A DNA stretch of 32,000 nucleotides from Candidatus Vampirococcus lugosii (GTDB taxonomy: Bacteria; Patescibacteriota; Gracilibacteria; Absconditabacterales; Absconditicoccaceae), in contig NZ_JAEDAM010000001.1 in the NCBI RefSeq assembly GCF_018420025.1, positions 1 to 32,000 of the forward strand, written 5' to 3'. Below are positions 1 through 10,264 of this stretch, piece by piece (the first letter of the stretch is position 1; each line of letters opens with the position of its first letter). Under the pieces are notes generated by a model. That model ran no database searches. It saw nothing but the letters and a program-made list of their open reading frames with translations, and was not told the DNA's origin. The position numbers and the translations under genes are program-made.

Positions 1-946
1 TTGTATTTATTCTCTCTACCAACTCTACTACATCTATATTTTTTTCTTTTATATAATCCACTATCGCACTCGGTATTCCCGTATCTGACCAGTAAAACTG
101 AAAATTTCTTTTCAAAATTAAATTATTTATATTCCATGGATTAAATATTGTATCTTCCGAATTTCCAAAATTATATCAATTGTAATACAATTTTATTTTA
201 TCTTTTATTTCTTTTTCCTCTTTTCATTCTTGTTCAGCTATTTCTTTTATTTCTTCTTCAAAATTTTTTTCTATATCTTCCCAAGTATATCACATTATAT
301 CATAAACAAAAGGATCATAACTTATATCTTGCAAATTATTCAAACTTGAAAATATATTCATTTTTAATATTTTCGTCAAGCCTGTAAGAAAAAACATTTT
401 TATATATTGATCTGCATCTTTAATTCATGAATAAAAAGCTCCAAAAAATTCTCTATAATATTCTGCTTTTTTTCTATCTTGTAAATGTGTTAATATTACT
501 TTATCATATTCATCTATCAATACTACTACTTGTTTTCCTGTCTTTTCATATATTTCTTTTACCAAATATCATAAATCTATTTCATCTACAAAATCTTCTA
601 TTTTATATATTTTATCTTCTATATATATATTCAAATTATATTTTATAAATTTTTCTACATCTTTAAATTTATTATAACTTGCAAAACTTATATACACTAC
701 TGGATTTGTTTCTTCAAAATTTCGCTTATCATAAATATATGTATTTTTGAATAATTCTTTTTCTCACATATACAAATATTTTATCATTGATAATGTTAAT
801 GATTTCCCAAATCTTCTTGGTCTAGACAAAAAATAATAATTATTACTTATCAACAAATTATATATTATTTTAGTTTTGTCTATATAATAATAATTATCTG
901 TTATTAATTTCTTAAAATCTTGTATTCATATTGCTATTTTTTTCAT
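1..946 (-). CDS. AAA-ATPase-like domain protein (PF09820-type family; partial, 3' end runs off the window)
   Basis: ATG at 946, open with TGA=Gly down to position 1. Translation MKKIAIGIQDFKKLITDNYYYIDKTKIIYNLL..YYFLSRPRRFGKSLTLSMIKYLY.., VVLIDEYDK, YNGYNFG and FNPWNINN match the 'predicted AAA-ATPase' family. That family usually carries a C-terminal PD-(D/E)XK domain, which is not visible here. Confidence 0.75.
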
Positions 947-1019
947 ATCTTTATTTTTTTAATATTACTAAATCTTTTTCATTATATTTTTTTCTTTACC
1001 AAAATCAATATCTTTTCCT

Positions 1020-1029
1020 CGCCCGGGCG
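1020..1029. other. Isolated GC-only perfect palindrome cgcccgggcg in the divergent intergenic region
   Basis: Read directly: cctCGCCCGGGCGgga, embedded in almost pure A/T sequence between the divergently oriented genes ending at 946 and starting at 1120. Function unknown. Confidence 0.3.
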
Positions 1030-1053
1030 GGAATATATTAAAGAAATGTTTAC

Positions 1054-1081
1054 TTGATTTAAACTATATTTTATATATAAT
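1054..1081 (+). promoter_or_regulatory. Candidate sigma70-type promoter for the 1120 operon
   Basis: TTGATT (1054-1059), 16-nt spacer, TATAAT (1076-1081), about 39 nt upstream of the ATG at 1120. This is motif evidence only, and such matches arise easily in AT-rich DNA. Confidence 0.25.
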
Positions 1082-1119
1082 ATGTATTAAATTTTACTTT
1101 TTTATTTTATTTGCAATAA

Positions 1120-2583
1120 ATGAATAATACATTAGATCATTATCCAGAACATTTTAATGAAATTAATTATGACAAACAATTAAATGAACAAATTGTTTCT
1201 ATGCTTATATCAAATTTTGGTGATTGACAGTTTCAATATATTATTGATAAAATTTGAGCAAGTGTAATAGATTTTCATAATATTGATACATATACAAGTG
1301 ATAATATAGCAGAATTTGTAAGATACATTGTTTGAGATGAAAATATAAATGAAAGTGATTGAAATTTTTTTATTAGTAAAGAATGATTTGATATAATATC
1401 TGAATTATTGGAAGATGCATCAAAATATTATAAAAATTTATTTCATAGAGATATACCAAAATCTTTTTGTCCAAATAAATCTTGATATAAATTTAATTGA
1501 TTTGATGATTTTTTTTCTTTTGTAAAATGAAAAACTTCTTCAAATAATTTAAGAAATAATAAATTCAGACAAATTACTTGTAGTTTATTAAAAATTTCTG
1601 TTGTATTGAGTAATATTAGAAAAAGTGGTTTTTTGGAAATGGCAGAAAATGATTATAAACAAATATGTGATGAATATTTTGATGGGAATTGCGATGAATT
1701 TACAAAAATTAAAAAATCTGAAAATGATTATAGAACATTACCAAATAATACTTATGGATTATATCCAGTAGACTTTAATCTTATTTGAAGACCAAAATCT
1801 GAATCAAGTATATTATTAAAAATGTTATCACAATTTGAATATTGAGCAATAGAATCTATAAAAGATTTAGTTTGATTTAAAGCTGAAGTTTCTAATGAAA
1901 AAGAAGCAATTCATCTTATGGAACATATTTATTATCATTTTTTTTCTCAAGACAAACATATTTGAATAATTGCTAAAAATAAATGACTTTTTGATCATAA
2001 ATATTTTTTGGAAAACAAATATTTGTTTTGACAAAAATTTATATCTACTATACAAAGAGATATAGTATGAAAAAAATCTGAAAAAAAACCAAAAACTTGA
2101 GATAATTACAAAGATGTAAAATTTACTTGACCAGTTAAAGTATGAGATAAAACAATAAATTCTGTAGAATTTCAAATAGTTTTGGTAAATAATAACAATG
2201 AATCTTGATATAATGCACATAGTATAATGCATTGAGCAAGAGTTTTGGAATCAATGATTAGATTACAATGATATATTACTATAGCATATATGAAAAGAAT
2301 AATAAAAGAAATTTTGGAAAAAAATGAAGAAATATTACCATGATTAGAAATTGATGTTCGTATAGACAAGATATTTAATGAATTTATGAGAAATCGTTGA
2401 TTTGCATATCTTTATCTTCCTAATTGAAAAAGAAAAAAACAAGAAAAATTTATAGTTTCCAAAAATGATTTTGTTAGATTATCCAAAAATTGATTTATAC
2501 CTCCAGATAGTTTAATAGAAATAAATGATGATAGTTGATACAAAATATATAGTTATGATGATTTAGTTGAAAATAATAATTAA
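1120..2583 (+). CDS. Hypothetical 487-aa protein with a central RelA/SpoT-like (RSH / small alarmone synthetase-like) nucleotide pyrophosphokinase core
   Basis: ATG 1120 to TAA 2581-2583, no in-frame TAA/TAG, many sense TGA. Motif order and spacing resemble RelQ-type synthetases. PVDFNLIGRPKSESSILLKM (from nt 1786) resembles GRVKxxxSILEK. IKDLVGFKAEV (D at 1864) resembles DIAGLRI. NYKDVKF resembles GYRSYH. SVEFQIVL (E at 2167) resembles VEIQIRT, followed by a His about 17 residues later. The N- and C-terminal regions are unrecognised. Confidence 0.5.
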
Positions 2584-2584
2584 A

Positions 2585-4165
2585 ATGAAAAACAATTTAT
2601 CCAAGAAGATTTTAGATTTATCAGATGTAAAAAAAATAAATCCAGATAATGATAAATTAAAAATACTTTCATATTCTATTGCTGAAAAAGCACAAGCAAT
2701 AATTTTTGATGGTGACTCAAAAAAATTACATATACTTACAACTAATAATTATCCATCTATTTTGACACAAATTTTAGATAAAATTGCTGTTAAATGATAT
2801 AAATTTGAATTTTTTTATGTAGATGAAGTGTCTTTTGCTTTTGCTATGAATTGGTATGATAATTTGTATAAAGAAGAAAAAAAAGCAGAAGATTTATTAA
2901 AACAAAGAAAAACAGTTAGATGAAAATATGCGATAGATGTATTAAAAAAATTATATGAAGAAAAATCTAAATATTCTGAACAAGAATTTATTACTGAATT
3001 AATAAGACTTTCTTTTCAATCTAATGCATCAGATCTACATTTTCAACCAGAAGAAAGTGGTATAGTACTTCGTTTAAGAAGGGATTGAATTTTGAAAACT
3101 ATATTAGTTTTTGAATATCAAGAATTCAAAAAATATTTGGTAAAACTTAAATTTATGGCTTGAGTTAGATTAAATATTTCCAAAACTCCTCAAGATTGAA
3201 GGTTTGATTTTGTAAGTTATAATAAAGATGAAACTACAAAAAAAATAGATGTCAGAGTAAGTTTTATGCCTTGACTTAGATGAGAAAGTATTGTTATGAG
3301 ATTTTTGGATTCTACAAATTCTGTATTATGATTTTGAGATATTTGATTTATGTGAGAGACATTAAATGTTCTTAGTAGAAATTTAAAAAAAAAGCACTGA
3401 ATGATATTAGTAACTTGACCTACTTGAAGTGGTAAAACTACAACATTATATTCAATGTTAAACTATTTAAATACTCCCAGTAAAAAAATAATAACTTTGG
3501 AAGATCCAGTAGAATATGAATTACCATGAATTCAACAAAGTCAAATATCTGCAAAAAATTGATATAATTATGAAGATTGACTTAAAGCTGTATTGAGACA
3601 AGATCCAGAAATAATAATGGTTTGAGAAATAAGAAATTTGGAAACGGCAGAAATAGCAATAAATGCAGCACTTACATGACATTTAGTAATATCTACTTTA
3701 CATACAAATAGTGCAATAGAAACAATATCTAGATTATTAAGTATGTGAGTAAAACCTTATATGTTAGCTCCAGCATTAAATTTGGTAATATGACAAAGAT
3801 TATTGAGAAAATTACATACTTGTAAAAATAATAGAAAAGCAAAATTAGCAGAAGAAGAAGATATAAAACAAAATTTAAAATCTATGAAAGATATTAATAA
3901 AAATATAAAAGAAACTTTTGATTGATATGTACCACTACCAAGTGGTTGTGAAAAATGTGGTTCTGATTGATTTATGTGAAGAATAGCAATAGTAGAAACT
4001 TTTGAATTAAATGATAACATAAAAAATACTATATTAAATGATAAACCAGATATATATATGTATTCTGAAGCAAGACAATCATGATTTTTGACTATGAAAG
4101 AAGATGCATATATAAAAATGTTAAATTGACTTACTACTTTGGATGAAATAAGAAGAGTAGTATAA
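2585..4165 (+). CDS. pilB: Type IV pilus / type II secretion family ATPase (PilB/GspE-like)
   Basis: ATG 2585, 1 nt after the upstream stop, to TAA 4163-4165. Motifs include [34 protein letters not shown] and [10 protein letters not shown]. Walker A LVTGPTGSGKTT at 3416-3439 has both leading Gly encoded by TGA. Also present are [39 protein letters not shown] and a Cys cluster GCEKCG. Confidence 0.92.
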
Positions 4166-4285
4166 TTTTTTGAATTACTAAATAAACTATACAAAAAATA
4201 TATTGAAAAATTAAAAAAATATTATATACTAATAAATAATCAAAAAAAATAAAAAAGTATTTTTTAAAAAATAAAATAATAATTA

Positions 4286-5962
4286 ATGAAAAATATATTA
4301 AATTTTATAATTATATTTATGTTTATCACAGTAATTTGAATAATTAGTTTTATTGTTCTTTGATATTTTAAAGAACAAGAATCTATAGATGTAAACAAAC
4401 AAAATTTAAATAATATTAATTTTATTAATTTTTATTTACAAAAAAATTATAATTGAAATTATCCAAAACCATATTGAGATGTTGTATTATTAGATTCAAA
4501 TTTTAATAAAATACATTTGGAAGATTCAACAGTATCTTATGAAAATATTCCTGATTTATATGCTATTCAATGAACTACATGTAGTTTGGGTATAAATGAT
4601 GAAGAATTTAATAAATATAACTATGATATTAGATATTCTGTTTGAGAAAACAAAAGATGTTATTCTTATTCAGTATTAAATGATAATAGCGAATATCAAA
4701 TATGATATATACAAAATATAAATAATCAAAATATATGATATCTTACATGAAGTATAGATATTTCCAAATCTATAACAAAAAGTTATAATTCAAGTAAATT
4801 AGTAAAAAACTCTTCCACACAAACTTTACCATATATGCCATCATTTAATAATAAAATAATATTGGAAAAAATATCATGAAATGCCGATATTGAAGTAATT
4901 GAAACAAGTAAAGATTTAGGTAAAATTGATTTATGAAATTTGAATAATGATATTAATTTAAATGATGATGTTAATATACTTCCTCATTTAGATAATGTTG
5001 AACAAATAGATTTAAGTTTTGAATGAAAAGAATTTGTATACAAAATAATATATCCAAATTGAAATTTACAAATAATTAGTCCAAATAAGAATTCTATTGC
5101 ATCATTATCTATTAAAGATTTTTACTATGATTGAGAAAAATCAAAATTTAAAATATTAGATAATGTTTGAAGAATAGCATATGATTTTGTAAAATTATGA
5201 TGAGATTCTGATTATGAAATTAGTGATTCCAATAGTTGAGTTTTGGTTATAAGATGAACAAAATTTTCTCTTGATTCTGATTCTAAATCAAGTCTAACTC
5301 ATTTATCCAAATGAAGTATTGAATATAATTTAAATTGAAAAAAATATTTAGTAAACTCTCTAGCAAATTTATTCTTTTTTGATCAAAATATGAATTTATT
5401 AAATATAAATGATTTATGAAAAGATTTATCTAATCTTTTATGATATTCAATTGCTGTTTCTTTATTGGATTATGAAATTGACCTAGAATATGTATCTAAT
5501 CATTCTGCTTCACCTGAACTACCTACTATCATCACTGATAATTTAGAATTATCAAAAAATTTTGAATTGAATAATGATTATAATAAATATTGATTTTTTG
5601 TTTTTGATTGAAATTTAACTCAGTCTATTCAAAAAAATCTTGTAATATCTTGAAAATATTTAAATGATGAATTTGACAATATATGTAAATCTAATTGATT
5701 TAATTGACTTGCTAGTATAGATGATGCAAAAAATATATTAGATACTAAAGTTTTTTCTGATGATAAAATAACTTTTGAAATAAAAGAAATATTGAGTGAT
5801 AAAATAAATAAAAATTATGATATAATATTTAATAAAGTTTGAAATAGTCCATCAAATACAAAAATAACTTATTTTAATAGTAGAACTTGATTTATTGATA
5901 ATACTAATTATATAGATTCATCTTGAACTTGAAGAGATTGATCCGTTGTTTTTTGTAAGTAA
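4286..5962 (+). CDS. Membrane-anchored 558-aa hypothetical protein with a pilin-like N-terminal architecture
   Basis: ATG 4286 to TAA 5960-5962, checked codon by codon. N-terminal hydrophobic helix MKNILNFIIIFMFITVIGIISFIVLGYF. It is followed by NLNNINFINFYLQKNYNGNYPKP, which resembles the post-helix DLxxIxxALxxYxxDNGxYP segment of pilin/pseudopilin proteins. There is no canonical G/FTLxE prepilin site. The rest is N/S/D-rich and unrecognised. Confidence 0.45.
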
Positions 5963-6181
5963 ATATAAAAATATTTTTTATAACTTATATAATTTTTTAC
6001 AATATTATTAATATAGTAAAATAAATAACATATAAAAATTTTTAAATTTGATAAATAGCACTTTGGAAAAATATAAACAATCTTAAAAAATAAATTCTTC
6101 TTATTTTTTATTAAATAAATATTGACTTTAAGAATAATATTTATATATATAAACAATATTTTATATATAATAAAAAAGAAT

Positions 6182-7834
6182 ATGTTACAAATTACACACC
6201 AAATTGAAGATGAAAAAATAGAAGAAATTATACAAATAGAAGAATTATCAAAAGAAATTTATATGTTATTGAAATGAGATATTGAAAATATTGAATTAAA
6301 TCCAAATGCTGAATCTGAATTCAAAAAAGAATTAAAAGAAAAATTTGAAGAAAAAATTATATGACAAGAAAAAGCAAAAAAAGCTTTGATAGAAGCTGTA
6401 TTTAATAATATTGCACCTATTAGAAGTAAAAAATGACCATTATGAGTTTTCTTTTTTGCTTGACCTTCTTGAGTTGGTAAAACACAAATTACAAAAGTAT
6501 TAGCTGATATTTTGTTATGATCAGAAGATTATATAACTAAAATAGATTGTGCAGAATTTTCCGAAGATCATACTGCTAGGAATTTATTTTGAGCACCAAA
6601 AAGTTATGTTTGATATTGAGAACCTACCCCACTAAATGATATAAATTTATTTAAATCATATCAAGAATCAAAAAAAAGAAATTTAATTCATAGACAAATC
6701 TCAAGATTAAATAGTTTTTCAATATTATTGTTTGATGAAATAGAAAAAGCACATCCAAATATTCATCAATCATTATTATGAGCAATGGCAGATGGTAAAA
6801 TAAGATTTCCTAGTTGAAAAGAAAGTGATAACAAACTTAAATACAGTCAAGAAACTGATCTATCAAATACAATAATAATATTTACATCAAATGTTTGAAA
6901 TAGAGAAGCAATCAAAAAATCTATCGGTTTTGTGCAAGAAAAAAATGATGAATGACAAAAAGCAGATTATAAAAACAGTTTTAATAAAGTTTTTTCACCA
7001 GAATTTATCGGTAGAGTTGATGAATTTATTACTTTTGAAAATTTGAATAAAGAAGATTTATTTGAAATTTTGAAAAAAGAAGTACTAGATATATCACGAC
7101 ATTTTTGAGTTCTTGAATGAAATTTTAAATTAAATATTAGTGATGAAGTTTTAAAAAAAATTGTTGATAGATCTTTTTCAAAAAAATATTGAGCTAGACC
7201 TGTTATTAATGATTTTACTAAAACTGTTGAAGCAGATATAAATAATATTATAAATTCTTGACAATTAGAAAGTTTGTTTGATATTAAATCATTTTCTTTT
7301 GTAATAAATGTTGATTTAGATCATAATTGAAATTTTAAATATACTTTATCAAAATATAATGAAATATCAGAAGAAAATGATATAAAAAATTCTTTGGATA
7401 AACTTAAAAAATATATAGAATACTCTTTCAAAGAAGATATTGATATTGATGATAAAATTAATAAAATTGAAGAAAAATTATTATCAAAATTTGATAAAAA
7501 AGAAATATCTATAATTAGAAATAAAATTTATTCAAATATGATTCTTGATTTTGATATGATACATGAATTTGATGATTATGAATGAATAAGTATATCAAAT
7601 AAAGAAGAAAAAAATTTATTATGAAAATTTTGACGAAGAAATACAAAAACAATTGTAGATAGAAAATTAGAAATTTATAAATGAAAATTTAATTATAATA
7701 ACGATAAATTTATAGAATATATTTGAGAAATTTTTGTTATGGTAGAAGAGTTAAATGGCGAAGTACTTAACCAAAAACAAATAAAAGAAATAATGAAAAT
7801 GATTGATGCATACAAAAAATCAAGAAAAAAATAA
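6182..7834 (+). CDS. Single-domain Clp/Hsp100 D2-like AAA+ ATPase with an unrecognised C-terminal extension of about 170 aa
   Basis: ATG 6182 to TAA 7832-7834. Motifs include IIGQEKAKKALIEAV and KSYVGYGE. Walker A FFFAGPSGVGKT has TGA Gly codons at 6461 and 6470. Walker B is LLFDEIEKAHPNIHQSLLGAMADGKI. FSPEFIGRVDEFITFENL and YGARPV are also present. Only one AAA+ module is present, and I saw no N-domain, D1 module or ClpP-docking loop. Confidence 0.75.
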
Positions 7835-7875
7835 ATATAAATTTAATAATAAATTACTAAAAATTATTTTTTAAG

Positions 7876-8553
7876 ATGAAAAAAATAAATCCTCAAATAG
7901 ATATATCTTGGAAAAAATTATTAATGAATGAATTTGAAAAAGAATATTTTTTGAATTTAAAAGATTTTTTGTTGCAAGAAAAAAGCAAATATGAAATATA
8001 TCCTCATTCTTCAAAAATTTTTTCTGCTTTTAATAATTGTAGTTTTGATAAAGTAAAAATTGTTATAATATGACAAGATCCATATCATTGAGTTTGACAA
8101 GCAAATTGAATGTGTTTTTCTGTAAATAAATGAATATCATTACCACCTTCATTAAAAAATATTTTTAAAGAAATAAATAATGATCTACAAGTCCAAATGT
8201 GAGACAATGGAGATCTAACAAATTGGGCAAAACAATGAGTTTTATTATTAAATTCAATTCTTACCGTAAGAAAATGACAAGCATCTTCTCACAAAAATAA
8301 ATGATGGGAAAAATTTATTGATGAAGTAATAAATATTATATCAGATAAAAAAAATTGAATAATATTTTTGTTATGGGGAAATTTTGCACAAGAAAAAGAA
8401 AAATTGATTGATAAAGAAAAACATTATATACTTAAATCAGCTCATCCTAGTCCTTTTTCTGCACACAAATGATTTTTTGGAAATAAACATTTTTCAAAAG
8501 CAAATGAAATATTACAAAAACAATGAAAAGAAATAATAAACTGGAAAATTTAA
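7876..8553 (+). CDS. ung: Uracil-DNA glycosylase (family 1)
   Basis: ATG 7876 to TAA 8551-8553. Motifs [38 protein letters not shown] and SAHPSPFSA. Confidence 0.93.
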
Positions 8554-8576
8554 TTATTAATTAATTCTAAATTATA

Positions 8577-9170
8577 ATGGATAAAAAAATATTTGAATGA
8601 CTAAATTTATGAATAAATGAAATAAATTGAGTATGAGTTGTTGTAAAAAATTCTTCAAATGAAATATTAACAGTGTTTGAAAACAATCCAAATGAATCCA
8701 CTTGGAAAAAACAATGACAAGAATCAATAGTATTTGGAAAAATAAATAAATGAGAACAATCAATAGATACTGCTCAAAGAGAAATTTATGAAGAAACTTG
8801 ATTGGAAATTCCAAAACAAAATTTTGATTTTACAGGAAAAGTAAATATATATTATTCAAAATCACATTGAGTAGAAAAAATAAATCTAGATATTTTTGAA
8901 ACAAATTTTGAATGAAATTTATCAAATATTACTAATAATGAAATTATATCATCAAGATTTGTAAATATTCAATCTCTAATAGAAAAATGGAAAAATGATA
9001 AAAGTTCTATAAGACCTATAACTTTTGAAGCAATATTTACAAATATTGTAAGTTGAACACAAAATTTTGCCGCTAAAACAATACAAAATTGAGAATATAA
9101 TAAAGAATATATAAAAGAATTAAATAAAATAATAAAAAATATTGAAAAAATTTTAAAAACTAAAAAATAA
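8577..9170 (+). CDS. Nudix hydrolase
   Basis: ATG 8577 to TAA 9168-9170. Nudix box GKINKGEQSIDTAQREIYEETGLEI fits GX5EX7REUXEEXGU. Confidence 0.8.
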
Positions 9171-9172
9171 TT

Positions 9173-9814
9173 ATGATAGTTTTGAAATTATGATGATCAG
9201 TTTTTGCTGACAAAAATAAAAAAGAATTTATAGATTTTAATCATTTAAAAAAATTTAAAAATATTATTGAAAATATAAATAAAAAAATAATTCTTGTCCA
9301 TGGTACTGGTAATTGGGGACATTGATTTGTAAAAAATAATTGATTAAATATAAATAATTATAAAAAACTTGAAAATAAGTTAAAGATTTTTTTTAAAAAA
9401 ATAGATAATATATTTAATAATTTTGAAAGATTATATTTTGATAGTATAGAAAAAATAAATCTAATACAAAATAATATTATTATATGATGATATATTAATA
9501 AAACGGAAATAATTAGTTCCGATAGAATAATTAGCGATATTATAAAAAATGAAAAAATTGAAAAATCTTTTATATTATCTGATATAGATTGAGTATTGGA
9601 TACTAATGGTAAAATTATAGAATTTATAAACAAAAAAAATATAAAAAATATATCTTTTTGGGATAATGAAAATGATGCAACATGAAGTATGAAACAAAAA
9701 GTTTTGAACTTATTAAATACTTGATACAAAAGCTATATTCTAAATTGAAAAAATTTAGAAAATTTTGAAAACATATTAAATGGGAAAAAATGAATAAAAA
9801 CCCAAATAAATTAA
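9173..9814 (+). CDS. Isopentenyl phosphate kinase-like (amino acid kinase family)
   Basis: ATG 9173, 2 nt after the Nudix stop, to TAA 9812-9814. MIVLKLGGSV, ILVHGTGNWGHGF, ISSDRI, LSDIDGVLD and NDATGSMKQKV are collinear with archaeal IPK motifs (ILKLGGS, LVHGGGAFGH, ISGDDI, TDVDGVL, DVTGGM). Confidence 0.7.
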
Positions 9815-10239
9815 TTTTGTGATTTATATGCCATAAAAAAATATATAATAAATAAATTAATTATTAGCAATAATAATCATATAAATAAAAATAATAAACC
9901 TAAATATTTATCACCAAAATTATTCATAATAACATTATCTGGTTGATTCGGATTACAATATAATTCAACAGTTTCATTTATATTAATTTTTTTTCAAGTT
10001 GTTCAAATTTTTGTAGTATAATTTAATTTTTTTCAAGAACATTCATATTGTATTGAAGGATAAAAACATTCTTTTCAATCAATATAACCAATTTCAAATC
10101 AAATAATCTTTCATTCAATAAGAACTTTATCTTTACTGAAAAACATTTTTATTGCAGGATAACCAAAAATAACTCCAAACATAATAAAAACTATACTCAT
10201 AAAAAACAAAGTAAATATTAACATTTTATTATTACTCAT
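9811..10239 (-). CDS. DUF3592-like two-TM membrane protein
   Basis: ATG at 10239, stop TAA at 9813-9811, which overlaps the convergent IPK stop within ttaa. An N-terminal TM is followed by a beta-rich segment (IEGKIIGFEIGYIDGKECFYPSIQYECSGKK...ETVELYCNPNQPDNV) and a C-terminal TM. Confidence 0.55.
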
Positions 10240-10264
10240 TTCTTACAGATTTTCTATTAAAAAA

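Noticed and set aside
148-648. Two plus-strand ORFs (148-387, 427-648) with hydrophobic low-complexity products
   Set aside because: They lie antisense to the well-supported AAA-ATPase-like gene and have no recognisable motifs.
1867-4194. Minus-strand ORFs 1867-2232, 2172-2369 and 3757-4194
   Set aside because: They lie antisense to the RSH-like ORF and to pilB, and give low-complexity translations.
5908-6156. 82-aa minus-strand ORF in the spacer after the pilin-like gene
   Set aside because: It overlaps the 3' end of the 4286-5962 CDS and an AT-only intergenic region, and the peptide is low-complexity I/K/Y/N-rich.
5963-6181. Possible promoter (TTGACT at 6122-6127 with downstream TATATA) and an all-A/T hairpin just after the 5962 stop
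   Set aside because: The -10-like matches are ubiquitous in this composition, and the hairpin is 8 bp of A/T only. Neither can be supported as a feature from sequence alone.
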